64,000 bases of DNA, taken from positions 14,012,001-14,076,000 of the forward strand of contig NC_135830.1 of assembly GCF_964213995.1 (NCBI RefSeq), given 5' to 3'. The translations under genes and the position numbers were made by a program. Each line of letters begins with the position of its first letter. The first letter of the stretch is position 1. Shown here one piece after another: positions 25,151-37,023 of this stretch. The DNA comes from Mustelus asterias. Taxonomy: Eukaryota. Below the pieces are notes generated by a model that was not told the origin of the DNA, made no database searches, and worked only from the letters and a program-made list of their open reading frames with translations.

Positions 25151-25224
25151 TTAGAAGACACCCGTTCGAAATCCCGCCCTTAATAACTTGTTCTCTTCCC
25201 CCGGGATGCTCTTGCCTCACTTCC
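25151..25224 (-). promoter_or_regulatory. Inverted copy of the V promoter module downstream of the RSS
   Basis: Reverse complement ggaagtgaggcaagagcatcc...ttattaagggcgggatttcgaacgggtgtcttctaa versus upstream ggaagtgaagtgagaacatcc...ttattgagggcggggtttagaacgggtgtcttcaaa; function inferred. Confidence 0.6.
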
Positions 25225-26792
25225 GTGTCTGTCTCTGGTTCTCTGAGGCCAGTTGGTGGTGATCTGGGGTTGATATTGAAAGAGAAGTGTCCGAGCCTGG
25301 TTACAGTCAGTGTCCTGACAGGGGAATCGCCGGACTTTCAGAGACTGGGGAGGAGGAAGTGGTGGCCGGGGAAGGTAAGTCTGGTCTGTAAATTATCATC
25401 AGAAAATTCCGGATTGTTCGTGTTGACAAGAACCACACCAGCTTCCAGGAAACATTCTGAAGCTCAGTGCTCACTGAGGAAAATCTCCTTGGGGTTGTTT
25501 TAAAGATGATAGTCACCCCTTTGCGAAATCTATTCAGTGTTTATAAGTTTTCTTTGATCCAGCAACGCACTCTGATTAAATAAATCGTGTTAACAGGCCG
25601 TGGTCTAAGGCTCCACGAAACTGCGAGAGGGATGGAGAGGGTTGTTCAATGTCACAGACAGTCCCGGAAAACACATCGAAGGAAAAAGAAGTAAATTCAA
25701 GTAAGGAAGTAAATTTCTGAATGCTGATTTCAGCATAACTGCACTGGATTTAACCAGTACAATTCCGTACGTTTTCCTGAATTTTGTTGTTATTGTAAAG
25801 TTCCAGGTGACTCTGCATTTGGAAGCGGAATTTTTACTTCTGTTCAGCAGTGAGAGCGCTGTCTGGATACTGGGAGTATGTTTTTTTTTGTGTTCTGGAT
25901 CTGTTACTTCTCTGTAGCAGTGTTGGCTCCATAGCACAACCATGCACGGCGATGTCAGAGAGAACTTCTCCTGTGATATTTCAAGGGACAACTTTGTTTC
26001 CTTGTGAAAATCAGCAGCGAGTGTAACTCCGAGAGCTGTTTGCCTTCAGTAAATGTGTCAGAGCTCCCGCAGATACTGGAGGAACAGGTCAGAGTTGGGA
26101 CACTGTGGTTGTCGTATGTCGGCAGTCCAGTGTTAATGAGGCGCTGTTCTTCTAGAACTTTGCGCTAACAATTCAGAATTTCCTGACGATAATCTACAGA
26201 CCAGGGTTACATCCACCCCGGACCTCCCAGTCCGACCAAAAGGACTTAGAAGCTTTGGAGAGAGTTCAAAGAATGTTCCCCAGGATGCTGCACGATCCCG
26301 AGGGCGTTGGCTATGAGGAGTATGAATAGACTAGGACTGTTTTTACTGAAATACAGAGGCTGAGGGAAGACCTGGATTGGATCTACAACATTATTGGAGG
26401 CATAGACAGGGTGGACGTGTCAATTACAAGGGGAGCACTGGTTCAAGGGGAAGTTTGAGGGAGATTTGTTCCCAGGAGCAGGCTGAGGGTAAGAGAGTGG
26501 GTTTTCTGACTGTAATTAATTATTTATTTTTTCAGTTAATTTTGGGTTTAAAATCGGAGGTTTTTTTCAAAACCGGAAGTCGGGCCAGGAGTGGCCTGGG
26601 GAAGTTTTTGGAGGGTTTAAAAGCGCACCAAGGTATACAGCGGGCAGCATCGTAGCGGGCAGCAGAGTGAGTGGGAAGTTCAGTGAGCTGTCAGGGCTTT
26701 GGCTCACAGGGCTTGGACGAGCAGGGGTGAGTTTTTGTTTCCTTACACTCTTATTAACTTTTCACTGTCTTACTTGACATAAAGTGTCCAGT

Positions 26793-27722
26793 ATGAGTGT
26801 GAAACCAGTGTGTTGTTCCCAGTGTAGGATGTGGGAGGTCCTGGAGGCATCTGGCCTCCCGGACATCCACATCTGTGAGGGGTGTGTCGAGCTGCGGTTC
26901 CTGAGGGACCGTGTTAGGGAGCTGGAACTGCAGCTCGAGGATCTTAGGCTGATGAGGGAGAATGAGGAGGTGATAGACAAGAGCTATCATCAGGTGGTCA
27001 CACCAGGGCCACGGGAGGAGGCCAAGTGGGTGACGGCCAGGAAGGGTAAGGCTAGGGTGGTTGAGAGCACCCCGGTGGATTTGCCCCTGCACAACAAGTA
27101 CTCCTGCTTGAGTACTGCTGGGGGGGACAGCCCGCCTGGGGGAAGCAGCAGTGGCCGTGTCTCCGCAGTGGAGTCCAGCCCTGTAACTCAGAGGGCTAAG
27201 GAAAAGAGGAGGAAGGCGGTATTAATCGTGGACTCGATGGTGAAGGGGACAGACAGGCGTTTCTGCGGAGGTAGGCGAGATTCTCGCATGGTGGTCTGCC
27301 TCCCTGGGGCCGGGATCCAGGATGTCGCTAGTCGCGTCCCGGAAATCCTGAGGTGGGAGAGAGAGAAGCCTGAGGTAGCGGTACATATTGGTACCGCTGA
27401 TGTGGGTAGGAAGGGAGAAGGGGTCATGAAAAGGGAGTACAGGGAATTAGGGAGACAGCTGAGAAAGAGGAAAGCAAAGGTAGTAATCTCAGGATTACTG
27501 CCTGTGCCACGGGAAGGTGAGGGCAGGAATGGAGTGAGGTGGAGGATGTATGTGTGGCTGAGGGACTGGTGCAGGGGGCAGGGATTCAGGTTCCTGGATC
27601 ATTGGGACCTCTTTAGGGGCAGGGGTGATCTGTATACAAAAAACGGGTGGAACTTGAATCACACGGGGACCAATATCCTGGCCAGTAGGATGGCTAAGGC
27701 TACTGGGGAGAATTTAAACTAG
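26793..27722 (+). CDS. CR1 ORF1 (zinc finger/coiled coil + SGNH esterase-like domain)
   Basis: CSQC..HICEGC, heptad leucine repeat, VDSMV, CLPGAG, VHIGT, ISGLLP, LNHTG; first ATG at 26793. Confidence 0.9.
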   Translation: MSVKPVCCSQCRMWEVLEASGLPDIHICEGCVELRFLRDRVRELELQLEDLRLMRENEEVIDKSYHQVVTPGPREEAKWVTARKGKARVVESTPVDLPLHNKYSCLSTAGGDSPPGGSSSGRVSAVESSPVTQRAKEKRRKAVLIVDSMVKGTDRRFCGGRRDSRMVVCLPGAGIQDVASRVPEILRWEREKPEVAVHIGTADVGRKGEGVMKREYRELGRQLRKRKAKVVISGLLPVPREGEGRNGVRWRMYVWLRDWCRGQGFRFLDHWDLFRGRGDLYTKNGWNLNHTGTNILASRMAKATGENLN

Positions 27723-27817
27723 ATAGGTTGGGGGGAGGGGAGCTAGAAGAGTTGACTAGGATCAAGGAACTAATTGATGGGGGGGAGGATGCAGGGGTAA
27801 GGGGAAGTACAAAATTA

Positions 27818-30733
27818 ATGGTAGAGGAGAGGGTGCAAGTGAATGAAGGCGGTAATTTAGGTAAGGGAGTAGAGGGAGAGGGTGTTCGCGACTCATCAAA
27901 GCGGGTCCAGATAAAAGCTGGAGTAAGGACACTTTGCCTGAATGCACGAAGCATTCGGAACAAGGTAAATGAGTTGATGGTGCAAATCAGCACAAGTGGG
28001 TACGATCTGGTGGCCATTACAGAAACGTGGCTGAAAGGTGACCAGGACTGGGAGATTAATATCCAGGGGTATCAGGCGTTTAGGAAGGATAGACAGGAAG
28101 GAAAAGGTGGTGGGGTCGCGCTATTAATAAGAGATAATATCAGGGTAGTACTGAGGGATGACATAGGCTCTGAGGAACAAAACGTGGAATCATTATGGGT
28201 AGAGATGAGGAATAGTAGGGGGAGAAAGACACTAGTAGGTGTGGTATATAGACCCCCAAATAATAATGTTGAGGTAGGGAGGGCTATAAACAAGCAGATA
28301 AGGGATGCGTGTAAAAACGGAACGGCAATAATCATGGGGGACTTCAACATGCACATTGACTGGCAGACTCAAGTCGGTAAGGGTGGAATGGAGGAAGAGT
28401 TCTTAGAATGCTGTCGGGATAGTTTCCTTGAACAGCATGTTACGGAACCGACGAGGGAACGAGCTATTTTGGATCTGGTATTGTGTAACGAGGTAGGTAG
28501 AATTAAGGATCTTATTGTGAAGGACCCTCTTGGGTCTAGTGACCACAATATGGTCGAATTTCTGATTCAGATGGAAGAGGAGAAAGTTTGGTCCCAAACC
28601 AGTGTCCTCTGTTTGAACAGAGGGAAATATGATAGGATGAGGGATGAATTGGCTAAGGTAGACTGGGAGAGCAGGCTGGCAGGTAGGATAGCTGAGGAAC
28701 AGTGGAGGATTTTTAAGGAGATCCTTCTCAGTTCTCAGCAAAAACATATTCCAGCAAAAAACAAGGATTGTAAGAAAAGGGAGAACCAGCCGTGGATAAC
28801 GAAGGAAATAAAGGAGAGTATTAAAATAAAAACAGCTGCGTACAGAGTGGCCAAAAATAGTGGAGAAACAAGTGATTGGGAAAAATTTAAGAAACAACAA
28901 AGAGAGACTAAGAAAGCGATAAAGAAAGGAAGGATAGACTATGAAGCTAGGCTAGCAATTAATATAAAAAATGATAGTAAAAGTTTTTATAAATATATAA
29001 AAAGGAATAGAGTGGCTAGAGTGAATGTTGGACCCTTGGAGGACGAGAGGGGGGAGTTAATAGTGGGAAATGAGGATATGGCTGAGTCTTTAAATACGTT
29101 TTTTGTGTCGGTCTTCACGGTGGAGGACACAAATAGTTTGCCAAACATTAACGATAGAGGGTTGGCAGCAGGAGAAATACTTAATACAATTAATGTTACC
29201 AGAGAGGCAGTGCTGGGTAGACTAATGGGACTGAAGGTGGACAAGTCCCCGGGTCCGGATGGAATGCATCCCAGGGTATTGAAAGAAATGTCAGAGGTAA
29301 TAGTGGATGCGTTAGTGATTATTTATCAAAACTCGTTGCATTCTGGGGTAGTGCCGGTTGATTGGAAAACGGCTAATGTTACGCCGCTGTTTAAAAAAGG
29401 AAGGAGACAAAAGGCGGGTAACTATAGGCCGGTCAGCTTAACATCTGCAGTAGGGAAAATGCTGGAATCCATTATTAAAGAGGAGATAGCAGGGCATCTG
29501 GATAGAAATGGTTCGATCAATCAGACGCAGCATGGATTCATGAGGGGAAAGGCGTGCTTGACGCACATGTTGGATTTTTATGAAGATGTGACTAGGGCGG
29601 TTGATGGAGGAGAACCGGTGGATGCGGTGTTTTTGGATTTCCAAAAGGCGTTTGATAAGGTGCCCCATAAAAGGCTGCTGAAGAAGATTAGGGCACACGG
29701 AGTTGGGGGTAGTGTGTTAAAGTGGATTGGGGACTGGCTATCCGACAGGAAGCAAATAGTCGGAATAAATGGGTGTTTTTCCGGTTGGAGGAAGGTAACT
29801 AGTGGCGTGCCGCAGGGATCGGTACTCGGGCCGCAACTGTTTACCATTTATATAGATGATCTGGAGGAGGGGACGGACTGTAGGGTAACGAAGTTTGCAG
29901 ACGACACAAAGATAAGTGGAAAAGTGAATCGTGTGGAGGACGGAGAAGATCTGCAGAGAGATTTGGACAGGCTGAGTGAGTGGGCGAGGATATGGCAAAT
30001 GGAGTATAACGTTGAGAAATGCGAGGTTATACACTTTGGAGGAAATAATAACAAATGGGATTATTATCTCAATGGAAACAAATTAAAACATGCTACCGTG
30101 CAAAGGGACCTGGGGGTCCTTGTGCATGAGACGCAAAAGCCCAGTCTGCAGGTACAACAGGTGATCAAGAAGGCAAATGGGATGTTGGCCTATATTGCGA
30201 AGGGGATAGAATATAAAAGCAGGGATGTCTTGATGCACCTGTACAGGGCATTGGTGAGGCCGCAGCTGGAATACTGTGTGCAGCATTGGTCCCCTTATAT
30301 GAGGAAGGATATATTGGCATTGGAGGGAGTGCAGAGAAGGTTCACCAGGTTGATACCGGAGATGAGGGGTTTGGATTATGAGGAGAGGCTGAGGAGATTG
30401 GGTTTGTACTCGTTGGAGTTTAGAAGGATGAGGGGGGATCTTATGGAGACTTATAAGATAATGCGTGGGCTGGATAGAGTGGAGATGGAGAGATTCTTTC
30501 CACTTAGTAAGGAAGATAAAACTAGAGGACACAGCCTCAAAATAAAGGGGGGTCGGTTTAAGACAGAGTTGAGGAGGAACTTCTTCTCCCAGAGGGTGGT
30601 GAATCTCTGGAATTCTCTGCCCACTGAGGTGGTGGAGGCTACCTCGCTGAATATGTTTAAAGCGCGGATGGATGGATTCCTGATTGGTAAGGGAATTAAG
30701 GGTTATGGGGATCAGGCGGGTAAGTGGTACTGA
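27818..30733 (+). CDS. CR1 ORF2 (APE endonuclease + reverse transcriptase)
   Basis: Uninterrupted 1001-codon frame 27728-30733; ATG at 27818 matches the start of the paralog at 428; all EN and RT motifs present including FADD. Confidence 0.93.
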   Translation: MVEERVQVNEGGNLGKGVEGEGVRDSSKRVQIKAGVRTLCLNARSIRNKVNELMVQISTSGYDLVAITETWLKGDQDWEINIQGYQAFRKDRQEGKGGGVALLIRDNIRVVLRDDIGSEEQNVESLWVEMRNSRGRKTLVGVVYRPPNNNVEVGRAINKQIRDACKNGTAIIMGDFNMHIDWQTQVGKGGMEEEFLECCRDSFLEQHVTEPTRERAILDLVLCNEVGRIKDLIVKDPLGSSDHNMVEFLIQMEEEKVWSQTSVLCLNRGKYDRMRDELAKVDWESRLAGRIAEEQWRIFKEILLSSQQKHIPAKNKDCKKRENQPWITKEIKESIKIKTAAYRVAKNSGETSDWEKFKKQQRETKKAIKKGRIDYEARLAINIKNDSKSFYKYIKRNRVARVNVGPLEDERGELIVGNEDMAESLNTFFVSVFTVEDTNSLPNINDRGLAAGEILNTINVTREAVLGRLMGLKVDKSPGPDGMHPRVLKEMSEVIVDALVIIYQNSLHSGVVPVDWKTANVTPLFKKGRRQKAGNYRPVSLTSAVGKMLESIIKEEIAGHLDRNGSINQTQHGFMRGKACLTHMLDFYEDVTRAVDGGEPVDAVFLDFQKAFDKVPHKRLLKKIRAHGVGGSVLKWIGDWLSDRKQIVGINGCFSGWRKVTSGVPQGSVLGPQLFTIYIDDLEEGTDCRVTKFADDTKISGKVNRVEDGEDLQRDLDRLSEWARIWQMEYNVEKCEVIHFGGNNNKWDYYLNGNKLKHATVQRDLGVLVHETQKPSLQVQQVIKKANGMLAYIAKGIEYKSRDVLMHLYRALVRPQLEYCVQHWSPYMRKDILALEGVQRRFTRLIPEMRGLDYEERLRRLGLYSLEFRRMRGDLMETYKIMRGLDRVEMERFFPLSKEDKTRGHSLKIKGGRFKTELRRNFFSQRVVNLWNSLPTEVVEATSLNMFKARMDGFLIGKGIKGYGDQAGKWY

Positions 30734-31073
30734 TCCACGTCAGATCAGCCATGATCTTATTGAATGGCGGGGCAGGCTCGAGGGGCTAGATGGCCTACTC
30801 CTGCTCCTGTTTCTTATGTTCTTATTTGCGGGGGAGGTGGTGGGTGCCTGGAACACGCCGCTGTTTTGGAAGCATGCACATTAGCAACATTTAAGAGGCG
30901 TCTGGATGGGTACCTGCAGGGAGTTTGTCTGCAACCCAGCCGGGAAAGTTTCCATTCATTAAGATGCAGCTCACCCCCGACAGGCTTCAGAGGACCGAGG
31001 TTTGTTGACGGTGGGAATGAGAAGGTCTGGTTGGAACTATGGTTCTGTGCTTTGTCTCTGTTCTATTTACATT

Positions 31074-33300
31074 AGAACATAACATAGAAACATAGAAACA
31101 TCGAAAAACTGCAGCACAAACAGGCCCTTCGGCCCACAAGTTGTGCCGAACACGTACCTACCTTCTCGACCTACCTATAACCCTCCATCCTATTAAGCTC
31201 CATGTACTCATCCAGGAGTCTCATAAAAGACCCTATTGAGTTCTCCTCCACCACCACTGACGGCAGCCGATTCCACTCGCCCACCTCCCTCTGTGTGAAA
31301 AACTTATCCCTAACATCTCCCCTGTACATGCCCCCCAGCACCTTAAACCTGTGTCCTCGCGTAGCAGACATTTCCAACCTGGGAAAAAGCCTCCGAGAGT
31401 CCATCCGATCTATGCCTCTCAACATCTTATATACCTCTATTAGGTCTCCTCGCATCCTTCGTCTCTCCAAGGAGAAAAGACCGAGCTCCCTCAGACTATC
31501 CTCATAAGGCATGCCACTCAATCCAGGCAACATCCTTGTAAATTTCCTCTGCACCCTTTCAATCTTTTCCACATCTTTCCTATAGTGAGGCGAATGGAAC
31601 TGAGCACAGTCCTCCAAGTGGGGTCTGACGAGGGTCTTATATAGCTGCATCATTATCCCCGGACTCCGAATTCAATCCCTCGATTGATAAAGGCCAGCAC
31701 ACCATACGCCTTCTGAACCATCTCTTCCACCTGCGGGGCCGATTTTAGAGTCCTATGGACCCGGACCCCAAGGTCCTTCTGATCCTCTACAGTACTAAGA
31801 GTCTTTCCCTTTATATTGTACTCCTTCATCCCATTTGACCTCCCAAAATGGACCACGATGCATTTATCTGGGTTGAAGTCCATCTGCCACTTGTCCTCCC
31901 AGTCTTGCATCCTATCTCTGTCCCTCTGTAACTTCTGACATCCCTCCAGACTATCCACAACCCCACCAACCTTCGTGTCGTCGGCAATCTTACCAACCCA
32001 TCCCTCCGCTTCCTCATCCAGGTCATTTATGAAAATGACAAACAGCAAGGGTCCCAGAACAGATCCCTGAGGCACACCACTGGTGACTGACCTCCATTTA
32101 GAAAAAGACCCATATATACCCACTCTCTGCCTCCTTTGGGCAAGCCAGTTCTGGATCCACCGGGCAGCAGTTCCTAGGATCCCATGCCCTCTTTCTTTTT
32201 CTAGAACCCTTGCATGGGGGACCTTGTCGAATGCCTTGCTAAAATCCATATAAACCGCATCTACCGCCTTCCCTTCGTCAATGTGTTTAGTCACATTTTC
32301 GAAGAACTCCACTCGGCTCGTAAGGCACGATCTGCCCTTGACAAAGCCATGCTGAGTTTTCTTGAGCAAACTAAACCTCTCTAAATGCTCATCTATCCTG
32401 TCCCTCAGGATCTTCTCCATCAGTTTACCAACCACTGAGGTTAGACTCACCGGTCGGTAATTACCTGGGCTATCCCTATTCCCCTTCTTGAAAATAGGAA
32501 CCACATCCGCAATCCTCCAATCCTCCGGCACCTCTCCCGTCTCCATCGACGATGCAAAGATCATCGCCATGATCTTTACGAACATAGGAACTAGGAGCAG
32601 GGGTGGTCCACCTGGCCCCTTGAGCCTGCTCCGCCATTCAATAAGATCATGGCTGATCTTTTTGTGGACTCAGCTCTACTTAATAGCCCGCTCGCCATCA
32701 CCCTTAATTCCTTTACTGTTCAAAGAATTATCTATCCTTGCTTAAAAACCTTCAATGATGTAACGTCAACTGCTTCACTGGGCAGGGAATTCCACAGATT
32801 GACCAGCCTTTGTGTGAAGAAGTTCGTCCTCAACTCAGTCCTATATCTGTTTCCCCTTATTTTGAGGCTATGCCCCCTAGTTCTAGTTTCACCCGCCAGT
32901 GGAAACAACTTCCCTGCTTCTATCCTATCTGTCCCCTTCTTAATCTTATATGTTTCTATAAGATCTCCCCTCATTCTTCTGAATTCCAATGAGTATAGCC
33001 CCAGTCTACTCAGTCTCTCCTCATAAGCCAACCCTCTCAACTCCGGAATCAGCCTTGTGAATCTCCTCTGCAACCCATCCAGTGCCAGTATATCTTTTCT
33101 CAAGTAAGGCGACCAAAAGTGTACACAGTACTCCAGGTGTGGCCTCACCAGCACCTTATACAGCTGCAACATAATTTTTAACTCCATCCCTCTCGCAATG
33201 AAGGACAAAATTCCATTTGCCTTCTTTATTACCTGCTGCACCTGCAGACCAACTCCTTGAGATACCTGCACAAAGGCACCTAGGTCCCTCTGTACAGCAG
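31074..33300 (-). mobile_element. Two stacked 5'-truncated CR1 copies (~31074-32575 and ~32580-33300)
   Basis: ORFs 31171-31653, 31653-32585 and 32732-33382; separate tails at ~31074 and ~32580. Confidence 0.85.
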
Positions 33301-33473
33301 AGTTTGTGTAGTTTGTGTTCTCAGCCACTCGTGGAACTGTTGAGTGACAGTTTGATCCGAGGTTAATCTGGTTTTTTCTCACTGTGTTTTAACGGCTGAC
33401 GGCGGAGCTGTTCTCTGTTGCTGAAACATCCCGCGATTCCGAAGAACCCGCAGCAGATGGAGCTCTTATCTAG

Positions 33474-33970
33474 AGCTTCTGTAGCGCGGTGAGACTGTAT
33501 TTTATCACTGTGAGTCTGAAAGCGCAGTAATACACAGCAATGTCACTCAGCTGCAGACCCAAGATGGTTAAACTGGTGACTTTATTCTCGGTCAGGAGAT
33601 TAGCAGAGAAACGGATCTTAGTAACTCTGCTTTATATTCAAAGCCTCCGGAGCTTTTCCACACTATAAACTCAGGCTGATTATCTGTGCACTGTCGGTAC
33701 CAGTATAATCTATAGCTTCTTTCTGTTGTATCATAAGTACAGGTCAATGCCACCGCTTCTCCTTCTGTTTTAATATGTGCGGGGCGCCGCTAGGTGACAG
33801 AATCCGCATTAGTCAGATCTGAAAAAGGTGATCACATAGTAATAGGCCAGGCCAGAGCGTGGAAAGATTTCAACCCTGCTTGACAAATGAGAGAAAAAAC
33901 GAAATGCACTTAATCCCAAATTACCTGCCAGAAATGCTACCCACACAACCCAGATGCTGAGCAGCCGCAT
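33474..33970 (-). pseudogene. TCR V pseudogene, same family as 24465 and 50184 (leader 33970-33925, V exon 33818-33513, 23-RSS 33512-33474)
   Basis: MRLLSIWVVWVAFLA / DLTNADSVT* (TAG at 33792-33790), later frameshift, ..DIAVYYCAFR; CACAGTG-23-ACAGAAGCT. Confidence 0.92.
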
Positions 33971-34213
33971 TGTCTCTGTCAGCTCTACAAAAGGGAGCTG
34001 GCAATTTGGTAGAATCTGTTCTAAATCCCGTCCCCACTTATCCGCCGAGTATCGGGATGTCAACATTTCACTTCCTGTATCGCTGGGGGCGCTGTGAGAC
34101 TGGCGGTCGTGAGTCAGTTATGAATAATTTGAAACCCGTGTTGCATGACGGTCGTCACCCGTTCTGTGTTTGTGACTCCGGAATGAAAGAACAGCGTGAC
34201 TCTGTTTCGGTAT

Positions 34214-35400
34214 ATTCATTTGTGGGACATGGGCGTCGCTGACTGGCCAGCATTTACTGCATATCCCTAGTTGCCCGATGGAAGTTGAGAGTCAATCAAT
34301 TTGCTCTGATTCTGGAGTCCCATGTTGGCCAGACCAGGTAAGGATGGCAGATTTCCTTCCCTAAAGAACACTAGTGAACCAGATGGGGTTATCAGACAAT
34401 CGGAAATGGTTTAATAGTCATCAGTAGGTTCTTAATTCCCGATATTCTTTTATAAAGTTTAATTTAATCCAGATTTTTTTCATTGAATTCTAATTCCATC
34501 ACCTGCCTTGGCGGGATTAGCTGAATTTCTGGATCAAGAGTCCAGCGGTAACACCACTCGGCCATCGCCTCCACGATGTTAAACACTGTCTGGTTACATT
34601 GAGCCCATAGCTCGAGTTTTGGTTTTATTCTGGGCCAACTTGTACTCTTGAGTTCCCTTAGCTCCCTTGCAGAGACTGGTGAATCCCCTTCAAAGTGAAA
34701 GCTTTTTGTTCACACTTTCAAGGGACTTCAACGTCGCAACCGATGCTGGAATATGTTGCCCTACTTGATCTCGGGCAGGAATAAGCGAGCTTCCATTTTA
34801 CACAGTTGCAATCTTGTTAGGGATCTTGAAGATGGTGTGATTCCCATGCCCCTATTGTGCTTCTCTTCGGGCGGTAGGGGTCGCGGGTTTGGAAGCTGCT
34901 GTCGAAGTGCGCCTAGCAGGTTGCTGCATTCTATCTTGTATAATGTGCACACTGCTAGCATTGTACGTGGAAGGAGTGAATGTGGTGTACCATGCACGGA
35001 GCCCGAGCTACTGTGGAGCCTCTGGAGTATTGCTTGAGATCCACTTATCCAAGTAAGTGGAGAGCAGGTCAACACACTCTGTGTTTGGCAGTTAGCGGAC
35101 AGACATTGGGGAGTCAAGAAAAATTCCAGTGTCTGACCTGCTCTCGTAGCCAGAGTTTTATGGGTAGGCACGGTTAGTTTTACTGTTACCGGTCAGCGAT
35201 GCGAAGGCACTTGATCCGGAAATGCTCAATTCCTGCCACATTTGGGGCATGAATGATATTTGCCACAACTTCGTCAACGATATTGCTACATACCGGAATT
35301 GACTGCTTAAGTTTCTCAGAAGTCCCGAATGATTCAGAACATTGTGGAATCGTCGGCAACGATCCCAAACTCCAATATTATGATGGAGGGTACGTTATCG
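34214..35400. repeat. Old SINE (~34214-34575) and degenerate LINE fragments
   Basis: SINE body related in reverse to 39509-39830; decayed LINE-like sequence follows. Confidence 0.5.
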
Positions 35401-35749
35401 ATGAAGCAGATGAATATATTTGAACAAGGGGCGCTTCTTTGACGATATAAGGCTCCTCAGCTGGCGTCCATCTTTCCACAATGAATCAGCTGAACAAAGC
35501 GAACTAGTTTTGGGAAAACAACTAGAGTTTATTTTTTTATTAATGCGGATGGTGAAGAGCGAATTCTGCCCTCCCACAATGCATGCAATCATTGGGCAGA
35601 GTCAGGATTCAATGTGAATTGATTTAAATGGCTTTTACGTAGATTGCATTCGATGTCTGCGCTCACGGGAATGTATTCATGTGTCATTGTGTGACCCGCT
35701 CTTGTAAACAACTCCCAACGACAGCAGCTTTGACCCAGAAATCTGCGGA

Positions 35750-36853
35750 AGTTTTTATATGAGAATTTCACTCGTTCCCATCACTGTGAGTTTCAGTGCA
35801 CAGTGCACAACAGACCGCGGTGTCAGACAGCCACAGCTCCGAAATGGTCAATAAATTGTCTGAGTGCTGAACCGGTTCCAAGCGAAATTCGGCTTCAATT
35901 CAGAACGGCCGCTGGTGTATCTCTGGACTGCAAACTCGGGCTGTCTGGCTGTGTACTGACGGTACCAGAATAAGTGCAAATAATTGCCAGTATAGGGGCA
36001 GGCTAAAGTGACATTTTCTCCCTTTGTCTGTATGACTGAGAATTCCCGCTGAGTAATAGAATTTCCATCGTTCCAAACTGTAACGGGTGAAACATGGAGG
36101 TCAGTTTTCTATTACATTCGATAGAGTGAGAGCCGAGAATGAACCTTCATTCGACACAACTGATGTCTGGTTAACACTTCAAGGAGCCTCCTGCAAGCGT
36201 AGTCATCTCACCCTCGGAAAATTTCCATCTTCTGCTTTCTCCATAATCTTCTCATTAATTTTCTCCTTCATTTAAGTTATAATAACGACCCGCAACCTCC
36301 CGGTGATAATGATTTCCACATTGGAGACACTCTCTGCGTTGGGATCTTTTTCCTGGAATCTTTGTCAGACTCATTGATAGCTTTTATATACCGCGTTTTA
36401 AAATCGTCTACTTTGGGGGTGGGGGGGGGGGGGGGTGCGTGGGGGCGGGGGTGGCGGGGGGGGGGGGGGGGGGGGTGCGGGGGGGGGGAGGGGGGCGACT
36501 CCTTTTCAGGATTCTGAAACATCATCAACATTTTTAAAGACTTCTCCCAAGTTAACGCATTGCTCCCTTTGCTCGAGATAACAATCCTAGCATGTACAAT
36601 GATTTCGGATAATTCCTTTTAACCTGAGATTTGACTGTATCCTTATAAACCGCATTTTCTGGTTTCACCTCCGTATTTGTATTATTTTACAAACACTTTT
36701 AATGAAGTCTAACCAGATTTAGGCTGGAGATTAAAATGTGCTCCTTGCCTTTTAAATGTCTTCCTTTTTATGTGATTCTCCTGTTTTTCACATTTTAACC
36801 TTCTTACCCAGAATGAGTGTTATCCAGAACAAAGCGAGAACCAGGAGCCGCAT
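35750..36853 (-). pseudogene. TCR V pseudogene, family of 48066 (leader 36853-36808, V exon 36077-35789, 23-RSS 35788-35750)
   Basis: MRLLVLALFWITLIL / VWNDGNSITQ..VTLACPY..LFWYRQ..; deletions and frameshift in FR3; CACAGTG-23-ATAAAAACT. Confidence 0.9.
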
Positions 36854-37013
36854 TCCTGCCTCTCCGGAATTCGAAGGATTTCTGTAGCTGAGCAAGTTGT
36901 AGAATATTGAATAAATAAGAGCAGCTGTCACCACATGAAGGACAATACATCCTCAGAGCTTGGACTGGTTTGATATTACTTCCTGCAGAAGTTCAATGCA
37001 GAAAGAGCTGATC

Positions 37014-37023
37014 TGATGTCACT
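37014..37023 (-). promoter_or_regulatory. CRE-like TCR V promoter decamer AGTGACATCA
   Basis: About 160 bp upstream of the leader ATG, same spacing as the decamer at 48225-48234. Confidence 0.7.

Larger units (their letters stand above)
26469..30823 (+). mobile_element. Full-length CR1 LINE with two open ORFs, nested in an older CR1 fragment
   Basis: 5'UTR, ORF1, ORF2, 3' tail ttcttatgttctt; ATTTG repeated at 26464-26468 and 30824-30828; host fragment (~26236-26468) resumes at ~30829. Confidence 0.93.
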
